The notes under the pieces: model-generated
What the model saw: the letters and a program-made list of their open reading frames with translations, nothing else
Told to the model about the DNA's origin: nothing
Databases searched by the model: none
Shown here: positions 9,382-19,569 of the stretch, one piece after another
How the letters are laid out: every line of letters starts with the position of its first letter
Numbering within the stretch: position 1 is the first letter of the stretch
Position numbers and translations under genes: made by a program
DNA from: Chloroflexota bacterium
GTDB taxonomy: Bacteria; Chloroflexota; Anaerolineae; JAAYEA01
Length of the DNA: 64,000 bases
Direction: 5' to 3'
Assembly: GCA_019873665.1 (NCBI GenBank)
Contig: JAIOAV010000004.1
Location: forward strand, 6,580-70,579

Positions 9382-10154
9382 TCAGGCATTCCCATACGCT
9401 GTCGTAGCTCTCGACCGATCTCGTTGCGGATCAGGTCCAGTTGCTTGCGGAGGCTGTTGTCAACGATCCGATCACCCAGGCGCACACGCAGCCCAGCGAT
9501 CAGCGCGGGGTTCACCTGCATCTCCACCTCTATGTGCCGATCTGCCAGGGACGACAAGGTGTCGCGGATGACCTTCATCTGGCCCTCGGTCAACGGCACC
9601 GGGCTGTACACAAAGACCGTCGGGTCGCGCTCAGCCAAAGCGCGGCGGTACTCGTTGACCTCTTCTGGTGGACGCTGCCAGATATACGCAGCAAAGCTGT
9701 TGACCAGATCATCGTGCGTCTGGCGCGTCGTCACAGAACGCAACACGCCACTGGCGAGGTCAATGATCGTGTCCAGTGTCTTCTCATAGTTTTCTTGCAG
9801 CGCCTCAAAGCGCTCCTGCTCGGCTTCCTGTTTGGCTTTGGCTATCAATGCTTCCGCTTTTTCTTGGGCGCTATGCAGGATGGCCTCCGTCTGCTTGCGC
9901 GCCTCTTCCTCCGCCTGTTTCATCAGGGCTTCAGCTTCGCGCTCTACCTCCTCTAGACGACGCTCGATCTGCCGCTGCAAGGCATAGCTCTCTGCCTCGC
10001 GCTTGGCCGCATTGTCCAGCATTCCTTCCACTTCCGCGGCGCGTTCCGCGATCCTGGCCTGCAGCGGCTTGTAGAGAAACCGCGACATCAGATAGACAAG
10101 CGCCAAAAAGTTGATGATCTGGAGGAGGATGGTGACTCCCACTATCTCTAGCAT
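9378..10154 (-). CDS. atpF: ATPase b subunit fused to a delta-like C-terminal domain
   Basis: N-terminal TM (LQIINFLALVYLM..FLYKPL), coiled coil, then delta-like SPVPLT...VNPALIAGLRVRLGDRIVDNSL. Confidence 0.88.
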   Translation of the reverse strand: MLEIVGVTILLQIINFLALVYLMSRFLYKPLQARIAERAAEVEGMLDNAAKREAESYALQRQIERRLEEVEREAEALMKQAEEEARKQTEAILHSAQEKAEALIAKAKQEAEQERFEALQENYEKTLDTIIDLASGVLRSVTTRQTHDDLVNSFAAYIWQRPPEEVNEYRRALAERDPTVFVYSPVPLTEGQMKVIRDTLSSLADRHIEVEMQVNPALIAGLRVRLGDRIVDNSLRKQLDLIRNEIGRELRQRMGMPE

Positions 10155-10178
10155 GTGGCGTCTCCTTTCCTCTCTGCG

Positions 10179-10442
10179 CTAGCCAAAGAGCGCCGCGAAA
10201 GGGTTGGCAAAGAGCAGAATGAGGCAGATCAGCAACACATAGATAGCGCCCGACTCGATGATGGCGAGCAGAACAAAGAGCAGGCCAGAGATGCGATCGG
10301 CGACGCTTGGCTGTCGCGCCATGTTCTCAAAGGCCGCAATGACGGCACGGCCTTCCATATATGTTGCTGTGATGGTGCCAGCCACGATAGCGACTCCGGT
10401 AATCACCGTCGTTACAAGCATGTAGATAGTGTTTGGCTCCAT
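10179..10442 (-). CDS. atpE: ATPase c subunit (N-ATPase type)
   Basis: Two TM helices, ARQP loop, ESGAIY, C-terminal LLFANPF. Confidence 0.92.
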   Translation of the reverse strand: MEPNTIYMLVTTVITGVAIVAGTITATYMEGRAVIAAFENMARQPSVADRISGLLFVLLAIIESGAIYVLLICLILLFANPFAALFG

Positions 10443-10507
10443 GTGTGTTATATGACTCCTTTCTCAACCGGTATGTATGCTGCCAAATGCTGCTCCGCCA
10501 TCGCGTG

Positions 10508-11221
10508 CTAGCGCATCGGTTCCTCTTCCGATTCCAGAGTGCCTACCTCCTCCTCTTCTTCCTTTCCTACCGCATCTGCAATGAACACCACGGTCAAGAA
10601 CGTGAAGACGAGCGCCTGCAAGACGCCGGTGATGCTCCCCAGCAGATTGAAGGGGATCGGCGCCAGCAGTGGTAGGAGCCTGAACATGACCTCACCCACG
10701 ATCTCGCCTGCGACGACATTGCCAAAGAGGCGCAGCGCCATCGCCACAGTGCGACTGACTTGTCCCAGGATATTCAGTGGCAACATGCAGCCAAGCGGCT
10801 CGATAAAACTGCGCGCATAGCGCACCGCGCCGCGCTCTTGAACGCCAAAGTACTGGGCCGCCAGGAATGATACGATGGACAGCGCTGCCGTGGTGTTCAG
10901 GCTCCGCGTCGGGGCCCGCAGCACGGGGATCAGGCCCAGCAGGTTGGCCACCAGCACAAAAAGCATCAACGTGGTCAGCAACTCAAACAGCCCATCTATA
11001 TGCCGCCCCACGCGCTGGTTGATCAGGTTGACGATGTACTCGTATCCCATCTCCAGCGCCGCTTGCCAGCGTGTCGGCCTTTTGCGCAGATTGCGCCCTG
11101 CAACAAAGGCAAGCGACACCAGCACTGCCATGATGATCCATGTATGGACCACCACATCCTGGATCGGGATGCCAAAGACGGTGAATACAGTGTATGGAAA
11201 GACATCTTGGATGCCGTCCAT
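10508..11221 (-). CDS. atpB: ATPase a subunit
   Basis: ANLLGLIP, PTRSLNT, ALRLFGN (essential Arg), LQALVF. Confidence 0.93.
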   Translation of the reverse strand: MDGIQDVFPYTVFTVFGIPIQDVVVHTWIIMAVLVSLAFVAGRNLRKRPTRWQAALEMGYEYIVNLINQRVGRHIDGLFELLTTLMLFVLVANLLGLIPVLRAPTRSLNTTAALSIVSFLAAQYFGVQERGAVRYARSFIEPLGCMLPLNILGQVSRTVAMALRLFGNVVAGEIVGEVMFRLLPLLAPIPFNLLGSITGVLQALVFTFLTVVFIADAVGKEEEEEVGTLESEEEPMR

Positions 11222-11222
11222 G

Positions 11223-11506
11223 CTATCTGCCCCAGTCCTGTGTGCGGCGATAGATGACAACGCGCCCCACCACCAGCGCGACCACTACGACCGCGACGGC
11301 GATCAACCCGTGCGCGCGCACAATCCAAGCGAGCGTTACGCCCAGCACAAGGAAACGCAACGGGAATGAGAGTGCCAGCAGAAGCGCTGCATGCGTGGGT
11401 TGCAGGACACGTGTCCTCTGCACCAATACCGCCAGAAACACAAGATACCCCCAGATCACCGCCAAACCGAGGCCAAGATGCCATAGCGAGGCCCATGTCA
11501 GCGCCT

Positions 11507-11510
<4 letters not shown>
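11223..11510 (-). CDS. AtpR/AtpI-like membrane subunit
   Basis: About 95 aa with three hydrophobic segments (LSFPLRFLVL). Lies between atpC and atpB, where N-ATPases carry atpQ/atpR; ATGA-coupled to atpC. Confidence 0.65.
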
Positions 11511-13323
<1,813 letters not shown>

Positions 13324-13391
13324 CTATCTCACTGGGATAGCCTGAACAGCGGTCTCGGGACAGATCACGCGACCAAACGGGCATTGGGCCT

Positions 13392-13420
13392 ATCATACGA
13401 GCATTCGGTTGAGGTGTCAA
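13392..13420 (-). promoter_or_regulatory. Sigma70-like promoter of the atp operon
   Basis: Minus strand TTGACA-N17-TATGAT. Confidence 0.7.
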
Positions 13421-13434
13421 ATGCGCCCGCCGAT

Positions 13435-13463
13435 TTGACCTGCTCTCTGCACTTGAGTATACT
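13435..13463 (+). promoter_or_regulatory. Sigma70-like promoter of the lar/hyp operon
   Basis: TTGACC-N17-TATACT. Confidence 0.65.
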
Positions 13464-13549
13464 CCATGAAGGGTCAAAATGGTCGCCAGACGAGCCCGTG
13501 CCCCGCTCTGGCGCTTTTTGTTGCAGAGATCAAAGCGAGGACAAGAGAC

Positions 13550-14398
13550 GTGCCAGATAAGATCGTCTATTTTGACTGTTTCTCCGGCGCTAGCGGCAAT
13601 ATGCTTCTGGGCGCGTTGCTGGACGCGGGACTTGCGTTCGAAGATCTGCAGGCAGACGTGGCCACGATAAGGCTGGAGGGCTTTCATCTGCACATGGAGC
13701 GCCAGGTCAAGCACGGCATCAGCGGTATCTACTTTGACGTGCACGACGAGGCGCGGGAGCATCCGCTGCGTCACCTGACGAACGTGCGCGAGATCCTGCA
13801 GCGCAGCGACCTGCCGCCCGCGGTGTGCGCGCGCGCCGACGCGGTGTTCACTCGCCTGGCAGAAGCAGAGGCGCGCGTGCACGGCGTGGGGATCGAGGAG
13901 GTGCATTTTCACGAAATCGGCGCAGTGGACACGCTGGTGGATATCGTCGGCGTGATCGCGGGCCTGGAGCGGCTGGGAATCGCGCAGGTGTATGCGTCGG
14001 CATTGCCAACTGGCCAGGGAAGCATCACGACGCAGCACGGGCGACTGCCGGTGCCCGCGCCGGCGACGCTGGCATTGCTTGCCGCAGCGGGCGCGCCGCT
14101 TGTGCCCAACCCGATCCAAGCGGAGCTAGTGACGCCGACCGGCGCCGCGTTGTTGGCGGAGCTTGCCATCTTTGCCCAGCCCGCGATGCGCATCCAGCGG
14201 GTCGGCTATGGCCTGGGAAAGAAGGACCTCCCCTGGGCCAATGCGCTCCGTGCCTGGATCGGGGAGAGCCTGGCGACGGACGAGCACGCGATCCCGCACG
14301 CGCACAGAGACGACGCGCCGGCCCATGAACACGCGTATGCTCATCATAACCACGATGACGCGGGCCATGGCGAGAGCAAACAGCATCATCATGAGTGA
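13550..14398 (+). CDS. larC: LarC N-terminal half (nickel insertase) with His-rich C-terminal tail
   Basis: YFDCFSGASGNMLLGALLD, VHFHEIGAVD, HGRLPVPAPAT, ELVTPTGAA, GYGLG. No ETNIDD C-domain. GTG start after GAGGA. Confidence 0.88.
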   Translation: MPDKIVYFDCFSGASGNMLLGALLDAGLAFEDLQADVATIRLEGFHLHMERQVKHGISGIYFDVHDEAREHPLRHLTNVREILQRSDLPPAVCARADAVFTRLAEAEARVHGVGIEEVHFHEIGAVDTLVDIVGVIAGLERLGIAQVYASALPTGQGSITTQHGRLPVPAPATLALLAAAGAPLVPNPIQAELVTPTGAALLAELAIFAQPAMRIQRVGYGLGKKDLPWANALRAWIGESLATDEHAIPHAHRDDAPAHEHAYAHHNHDDAGHGESKQHHHE

Positions 14399-14414
14399 GG
14401 CAGGGGGAATCAAC

Positions 14415-14837
14415 ATGAGGGCGGTCGGCATTGTGCACAACGAACTCAAGCGCGGCATCACTCCGCCTCGCCAAAAGTCGCCGCGCTCGGTGATCGAGAT
14501 CCTGCCGAGCTATGCCGAAGGATTGCAGGGAATCGAGCCCGGGCAGGCTCTCGTCATTGTATTTCAGTTCCATCTCTCCCAGGCGCCGGCCCCGCTGCTG
14601 CAATACCCACAGGGGGACACCTCGCGGCCACGACGCGGCGTATTTGCGCTGCGTTCCCCGCTGCGCCCTAACCCGATCGGGCTGACGACGGTGCGCGTGC
14701 TGGACGTGAAGGAGAACAAGCTGATCGTTGCCGGACTGGATGCTTTTGACGGCACACCGGTGTTGGATATCAAGCCATATGTCGCGTGGCTGGACGAGCC
14801 ACCGGCACCAGAGCAGGCCGCAGCCAGCACGACCTAG
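14415..14837 (+). CDS. TsaA/TrmO(YaeB)-like SAM-binding beta-barrel protein
   Basis: GVFALRSPLRPNPIGLT, LDAFDGTPVLDIKPY. Alternative start at 14391. Confidence 0.85.
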   Translation: MRAVGIVHNELKRGITPPRQKSPRSVIEILPSYAEGLQGIEPGQALVIVFQFHLSQAPAPLLQYPQGDTSRPRRGVFALRSPLRPNPIGLTTVRVLDVKENKLIVAGLDAFDGTPVLDIKPYVAWLDEPPAPEQAAASTT

Positions 14838-14848
14838 AAAGGACCACC

Positions 14849-15526
14849 ATGGGGCGGATTCCCATCATGAGCGATGTTACCAGCGCGAACGCCGCGCTTG
14901 CTGACGCCCTGCGGCGGGAGCTGGCGGAGCGCGGTATCCTCACCCTCAACCTGATCGCCTCGCCGGGCGCCGGCAAAACGGCCCTCATCGAATGGACGAT
15001 CAAGCGCCTGGCGGGCGAATACCGCATAGCCGTCATCGAAGGCGACCTGACAACCCGCCTGGACGCGGATCGCATCATCGCTGCGGGCGCGCCCGCCGTG
15101 CAGATCAACACGGGGGGCGGGTGCCATCTCGAGGCGCGCATGATACGCGATGTGCTCGCGCAGCTCTCCCTGGATGAGGTGGACATCCTCATCATCGAGA
15201 ACGTGGGTAACCTGGTCTGCCCAACGGGCTGGGACTTGGGCGAGGATGCAAAGGTGGTTGTCGCCAGCCTGCCGGAGGGCGATGATAAGCCGCTCAAGTA
15301 CCCCGGTGCCTTTGACACAGCGCAGGCGGCGGTCATCAACAAGATAGATCTGGAACCATACCTGCCGGCCCGCGTTGAGCGGCTACGCGCCAATATCGCC
15401 CGCATCAATCCTGAGCTGGACGTTTTCGCCGTCTCGTGCACCACCGGTGCAGGCGTTGAGGCGTGGCTCGATTGGGTGCGGCAGCGCGTGCAGCGCAAGC
15501 GGGCACAGGGCAACGAGGCAAGCTGA
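14849..15526 (+). CDS. hypB: Nickel-insertion GTPase HypB
   Basis: SPGAGKT, INTGGGCHL, ENVGNLVCP, EGDDKPLKYP, NKID. Confidence 0.95.
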   Translation: MGRIPIMSDVTSANAALADALRRELAERGILTLNLIASPGAGKTALIEWTIKRLAGEYRIAVIEGDLTTRLDADRIIAAGAPAVQINTGGGCHLEARMIRDVLAQLSLDEVDILIIENVGNLVCPTGWDLGEDAKVVVASLPEGDDKPLKYPGAFDTAQAAVINKIDLEPYLPARVERLRANIARINPELDVFAVSCTTGAGVEAWLDWVRQRVQRKRAQGNEAS

Positions 15527-15894
15527 TGCACGAGATGAGCCTGGCGCAGGCGATGCTAGCGTTGGCGCAGCAGCACGCGGCTGGCCAGCGGATCGTGGCG
15601 CTCAGAGTGCGGGTTGGGGCGCTCTCTGGGGTCGTGACGGACTCGCTGGAATTCAGCTTTGAGCTGTTGAGCCAGGGCACATCCGCTGCCGGGGCGCGCC
15701 TGGAGTACGAGTTTGTACCGGTGCAGATGACGTGCCGCGCCTGCGGCGCTGATGTGCCCACCGACAAGTGGTGCGAGCTGCCAGGAAATGAGGCGGTGCT
15801 GATGGCGCTGGAAAAGGGGTGCGCCTGTGGCTGCAAGGAGCTCAAGATCACCGGCGGGTACGACTTTCAGTTGGTCGAGATTGAGGTAGCATAA
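15526..15894 (+). CDS. hypA: Nickel metallochaperone HypA
   Basis: MHEMSLA N-terminus, VGALSGV..DSLEFSF, CRAC...CACGC Zn site; TGATG-coupled to hypB. Confidence 0.9.
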   Translation: MHEMSLAQAMLALAQQHAAGQRIVALRVRVGALSGVVTDSLEFSFELLSQGTSAAGARLEYEFVPVQMTCRACGADVPTDKWCELPGNEAVLMALEKGCACGCKELKITGGYDFQLVEIEVA

Positions 15895-15895
15895 G

Positions 15896-16738
15896 ATGCC
15901 AGAAGACGCGGTAGCTAAGACAGAGCCGCACATCACGCCAGAGACGTTGGCCAAAGTCGCGCGCGCACGGCAGATCCTGCGCGAGATGGGCAGCGTTCTG
16001 GTCTCGTATTCAGGCGGCGTGGACAGCACGCTCTTGCTGCGCCTGGCGCACGACGAGCTGGGCGACCGCGCCGTGGGGGTGTATATTGACTCGCCGATCA
16101 TGGTGGGTTGGGAGAGAGAAGAGGCGCTAATGCTCGCGCAGCAGATAGGCGCGCGGGTGCGGGTGGTGCAGGGGGTGGAGCTAGGAACCGCCGAGTTTGC
16201 GCAGAATGCGCCGGATCGCTGCTATTATTGCCATGCGGCGAACTATCCCCTGCTGGCTCAAGTGGCGGCGGAAGAGGGTGCGGCGGCCATCGTGGACGGC
16301 TCCAACCTGGACGATCTCGGCGATCACCGCCCGGGCCGGCGGGCGAACGTGGAGCGGGGCATCCGTGGCCCCCTGCTGGAGGCTGGACTAACCAAAGCCG
16401 AGATTCGCGCCGTCTCAAGGCGACTGGGGTTGCCCACCTGGGACAAGCCCTCCATGCCATGTCTTGCCTCGCGCATCCCGTATGGCACGCCGGTAACCGT
16501 CGAGACCCTGCGTCAGGTGGAGCAGGCGGAGAACGCGCTCCGCGCGCTGGGCCTGCGCGAGCTACGCGTGCGGCATCATGGTCAGGTGGCGCGGATCGAG
16601 GTGCCCCCTGCCGACTTTGCGCGGGTGCTGGCGGAGCGCGAGACGATCGTCGCGTGCCTGAGGGAGGCGGGCTACCTATATGTCACGCTGGACCTGGCCG
16701 GCTTCCGCTCCGGCAGCCTCAACGAGACATTGAGCTAA
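15896..16738 (+). CDS. larE: ATP-dependent sulfur transferase LarE
   Basis: PP-loop SYSGGVDS, RCYYC, DDLGDHRPG, PSMPCLASRIPYG, RVRHH, GFRSGSLN. Confidence 0.93.
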   Translation: MPEDAVAKTEPHITPETLAKVARARQILREMGSVLVSYSGGVDSTLLLRLAHDELGDRAVGVYIDSPIMVGWEREEALMLAQQIGARVRVVQGVELGTAEFAQNAPDRCYYCHAANYPLLAQVAAEEGAAAIVDGSNLDDLGDHRPGRRANVERGIRGPLLEAGLTKAEIRAVSRRLGLPTWDKPSMPCLASRIPYGTPVTVETLRQVEQAENALRALGLRELRVRHHGQVARIEVPPADFARVLAERETIVACLREAGYLYVTLDLAGFRSGSLNETLS

Positions 16739-16764
16739 CGACGCCGAGGAAAGGCCACAAGAGA

Positions 16765-17499
16765 ATGGACACATCTTTGGAAGGGTGGCGGGCTTTGCTG
16801 GAGCAGGTGCGCAGCGGCGACATGCCCGTGGACGAAGCGTTGGCCAAGCTGCGCGATCTGCCATACGAGGACTTGGGTTTTGCGCGCGTGGACCATCACC
16901 GGCCCATGCGGCGCGGCTTCTCCGAGGTGGTCTTCTGCCAGGGCAAGACGCCAGAACAGGCAGCGCGCATCACCCAGGCGCTGGCGGCGCGCAGCCCGCG
17001 CGTGTTGGCCACTCGTTGCGCGCCAGAGACGGCAGCGGCGATCAAGGAAGCGCTGCCGCACGCCGAGTACCACCCGCTGGGGCGCTGCGTCATCGTCGCG
17101 TCGCAGCCGATCCCGGAGCCGCCCGCCGATGCGCCACTGGTGCTCGTCGTGTCCGCCGGCACATCGGACCTGCCAGTGGCCGAGGAGGCGCTGCTCACCG
17201 CCAAGGTGATGGGCAGCCGCGTCGAGCTGCTATGCGACGTGGGCGTGGCAGGGCTGCATCGCATCTTGAGCGCGCGCGACAAGCTGCAAGAGGCGCGGGT
17301 GTTGGTGGTAGTGGCCGGCATAAGCTGTCCAGTGATCGCCGTGCCCACGAGCATCGGCTACGGCGCGAGTTTCGGCGGCATCGCCGCGTTGCTTGGCATG
17401 CTGAACTCGTGCGTGCCGGGGGTGGTCGTCGTCAATATAGACAACGGTTTTGGCGCAGGCTATGCCGCGCATCTGATCGCGGCGGGAGAGAAACGGTGA
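16765..17499 (+). CDS. larB: NPN biosynthesis carboxylase/hydrolase LarB, with an internal in-frame deletion
   Basis: FARVDHHR..RRGFSEVVFCQGKT, SAGTSDLPVAEEA, DVGVAGLHR, VPTSIGYGASFGG, MLNSC, VNIDNGFGA. The usual MEGALPSVV segment is missing. Confidence 0.88.
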   Translation: MDTSLEGWRALLEQVRSGDMPVDEALAKLRDLPYEDLGFARVDHHRPMRRGFSEVVFCQGKTPEQAARITQALAARSPRVLATRCAPETAAAIKEALPHAEYHPLGRCVIVASQPIPEPPADAPLVLVVSAGTSDLPVAEEALLTAKVMGSRVELLCDVGVAGLHRILSARDKLQEARVLVVVAGISCPVIAVPTSIGYGASFGGIAALLGMLNSCVPGVVVVNIDNGFGAGYAAHLIAAGEKR

Positions 17500-18647
17500 A
17501 AGTCGCCTATGGTGACGCGCGACATGGCGCCAGCGCGGTCAGCATCTTGGCAGCGCTGCTGGATGTGGGCCTGTCTGCGGACATCGTGCAACAGGAGCTG
17601 GACGCGATCGCGCCCGGCGCGCGCCTTGTCGCCGCGCCGGTATCCGTTGCCGGGATACGCGCCACCAGCGTCTGCTGCGATGCCCCCCCATCGCTGGCAT
17701 GGCCCACGTGGCGCGAGCTCTTCGCCTGGCTGCAGGGCCAGGCGCTGTCGGAGCGCGCGGCGTCTGATATCTGGCACGTCTTGCGCTGCTGGCGCGAGGC
17801 GGAGGCGCATGTGCAGGACGTGGCGACGGACGAGGCACATGTGCTGGCCGTGGCGCCGGGCGAGCTCCTGGCGCTGTTGGGCGCGATCACGGGCGCACAC
17901 CACCTTGGTGCGGTACGCTGGGAGACATCGCCGCTGCCGGTGGGCATCGCGCAGACGCCAGCGGCGGCAGTGGTTGCCACGTTGCTGACCGGTCAACCGG
18001 TGCACGGCGCAGATGCGCCGCAGCCGCTCACCCCCGCCGCTGCTGCCTTGCTGACCACTCTCGCTGCCGCATCCGGCCCTCTACCTGCTATGACCCTGCA
18101 CAAGGTGGGATACGGCGTGGACCAGAACGCCGAGGCGTCGCTGTTCCGCCTCTGGTTTGGGGAAAGCCCAGGCGCAGGCCTGGAGTGCCGCACCCTGCTG
18201 ATCGTCGAGACGAACATTGACGACATGGACCCCGAGTTCTACGATTATGTCATGTCGCGCCTGCTCACGGCGGGCGCGTTGGATGTTGCCCTGCTGCCGA
18301 TGCAGATGAAGAAGAACCGCCCTGCCACGTTGCTGCGCGTGCTTTGCGCGCCGGACAAACTCGACTCGGTGCGCGATATCGTATTGCGCGAGACGACCAC
18401 GCTGGGCGTGCGAGTGCATGAGGTGCAGCGTTTTGCCCTGCCGCGGCGCAGCGTGTCGGTGCAGACGCCCTGGGGGAGCGTGCGCGTCAAGGTCGCCGGG
18501 CTGACGGATGGCCTGAGCCGCCCGATACCCGAATACGACGACTGCCGCCGCCTCGCTGAAGCCCATGGTGTCCCGCTCTGGCAGGTGTACACCACAGCGC
18601 AAGCGCTGGCCGCCAACGCAGAACACAAAGACGACCGAGCCGGATAG
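17496..18647 (+). CDS. larC: Second LarC paralog: degenerate N-domain plus intact C-terminal (LarC2-like) domain
   Basis: GTGA-coupled to larB. Eroded N-domain (GASAVSILAALLD, LTPAAAALL, GYG); C-domain with ETNIDDM, MKKNRP, ETTTLGVR, PEYDDC. Confidence 0.85.
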   Translation: MKVAYGDARHGASAVSILAALLDVGLSADIVQQELDAIAPGARLVAAPVSVAGIRATSVCCDAPPSLAWPTWRELFAWLQGQALSERAASDIWHVLRCWREAEAHVQDVATDEAHVLAVAPGELLALLGAITGAHHLGAVRWETSPLPVGIAQTPAAAVVATLLTGQPVHGADAPQPLTPAAAALLTTLAAASGPLPAMTLHKVGYGVDQNAEASLFRLWFGESPGAGLECRTLLIVETNIDDMDPEFYDYVMSRLLTAGALDVALLPMQMKKNRPATLLRVLCAPDKLDSVRDIVLRETTTLGVRVHEVQRFALPRRSVSVQTPWGSVRVKVAGLTDGLSRPIPEYDDCRRLAEAHGVPLWQVYTTAQALAANAEHKDDRAG

Positions 18648-18681
18648 CCCAGCTCGGTCGTCTGCTTGCGAACATCAGCCT

Positions 18682-19569
18682 CTATGGCGTCGCTCCTGGC
18701 AGCAGCGAGCGCACGTCCAGCATGATCCCTTGACCAGATGGCAGCATGATCGTGTTCACGGTCGGCGCGAGACGCCGCGCCCACTCGTACTGGATCAGGT
18801 CTGGGCTTTTGCTCAATTGCGCCGCGATCATCTCCAGGGCCGCGGCTTCGGCTTCTGCTTCCAGCTTGCGCGCTGCCGCCTTGCCTTCAGCTTCGATCAC
18901 GGCAGCCTTCTTTTGCCCTTCCGCCTTGGCCAACTGGATTTCTACATCCTTCTGCGCAGCCTGCAGCTCGTATTGCTTTTGCAGCGCCGCCTGCTCTGCG
19001 ATCTGCTTGCGCTCGATAGCGGCATCAAACTCGGCTGAGAACTTGACGTCTGCCAGAGAGAACTGGTCAACGATGATAAAGTACTCGCCGAGGCGTTCGC
19101 TCAGGGTGGACTGAATCTTGTCCTTGATGATGGGCCGTTCCACAAGAATCCGCTCCACCTTGAACCCCGCCGTCGTCGCCTTGATCGCTTCCTGCATCGC
19201 CGGCCGGATGATGATGTCCTCGTAGCTCAGGCCGACCTGCTGATACAGCCGGTTCACATGCGTCGGATCGAGGTGGTAGTTGAGCACGCCGTTGACCTGT
19301 ATGAGTTGCAGATCCGATGAGGCGGCCTCAACCGTCTCCTCGATCTTCTTTGTGCGCACGTCAATTTGCTTGACGACGCGCACGCCGGGCGGGATGATAA
19401 GGTGGAAGCCTTCGGACAGCGTCGTCCCCTCCACGCGCCCCAACATCACCACCACACCGCGATGCCCCGGGTCAATGATCGTATAGCTGGAGTACACGAT
19501 CACGAGCGCGAGGATGATGAGCAGGATGGTGATCACCATTCTTCCGGGAATCTGAATCTGTTTCTTCAT
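18682..19569 (-). CDS. Prohibitin-like SPFH/Band 7 protein
   Basis: N-terminal TM, PGHRGVVV..G, SSDLQ, FDAAIERKQIAEQ, EA-rich coiled coil. Confidence 0.9.
   Translation of the reverse strand: MKKQIQIPGRMVITILLIILALVIVYSSYTIIDPGHRGVVVMLGRVEGTTLSEGFHLIIPPGVRVVKQIDVRTKKIEETVEAASSDLQLIQVNGVLNYHLDPTHVNRLYQQVGLSYEDIIIRPAMQEAIKATTAGFKVERILVERPIIKDKIQSTLSERLGEYFIIVDQFSLADVKFSAEFDAAIERKQIAEQAALQKQYELQAAQKDVEIQLAKAEGQKKAAVIEAEGKAAARKLEAEAEAAALEMIAAQLSKSPDLIQYEWARRLAPTVNTIMLPSGQGIMLDVRSLLPGATP

Noticed and set aside
14214-14224. Slippery G GGA AAG in larC(N) as an L. plantarum-like programmed frameshift
   Set aside because: The -1 frame stops at 14328 with no LarC C-domain, the tsaA-like gene is in the +1 frame, and the C-domain lies 3 kb away.
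16108-18647. Long ORFs 16108-17499 and 16785-18647 suggesting LarE-LarB or LarB-LarC fusions
   Set aside because: The N-terminal extensions are Arg/Gly/Ala-rich shadow frames over real genes; proper starts exist at 16765 and 17496.
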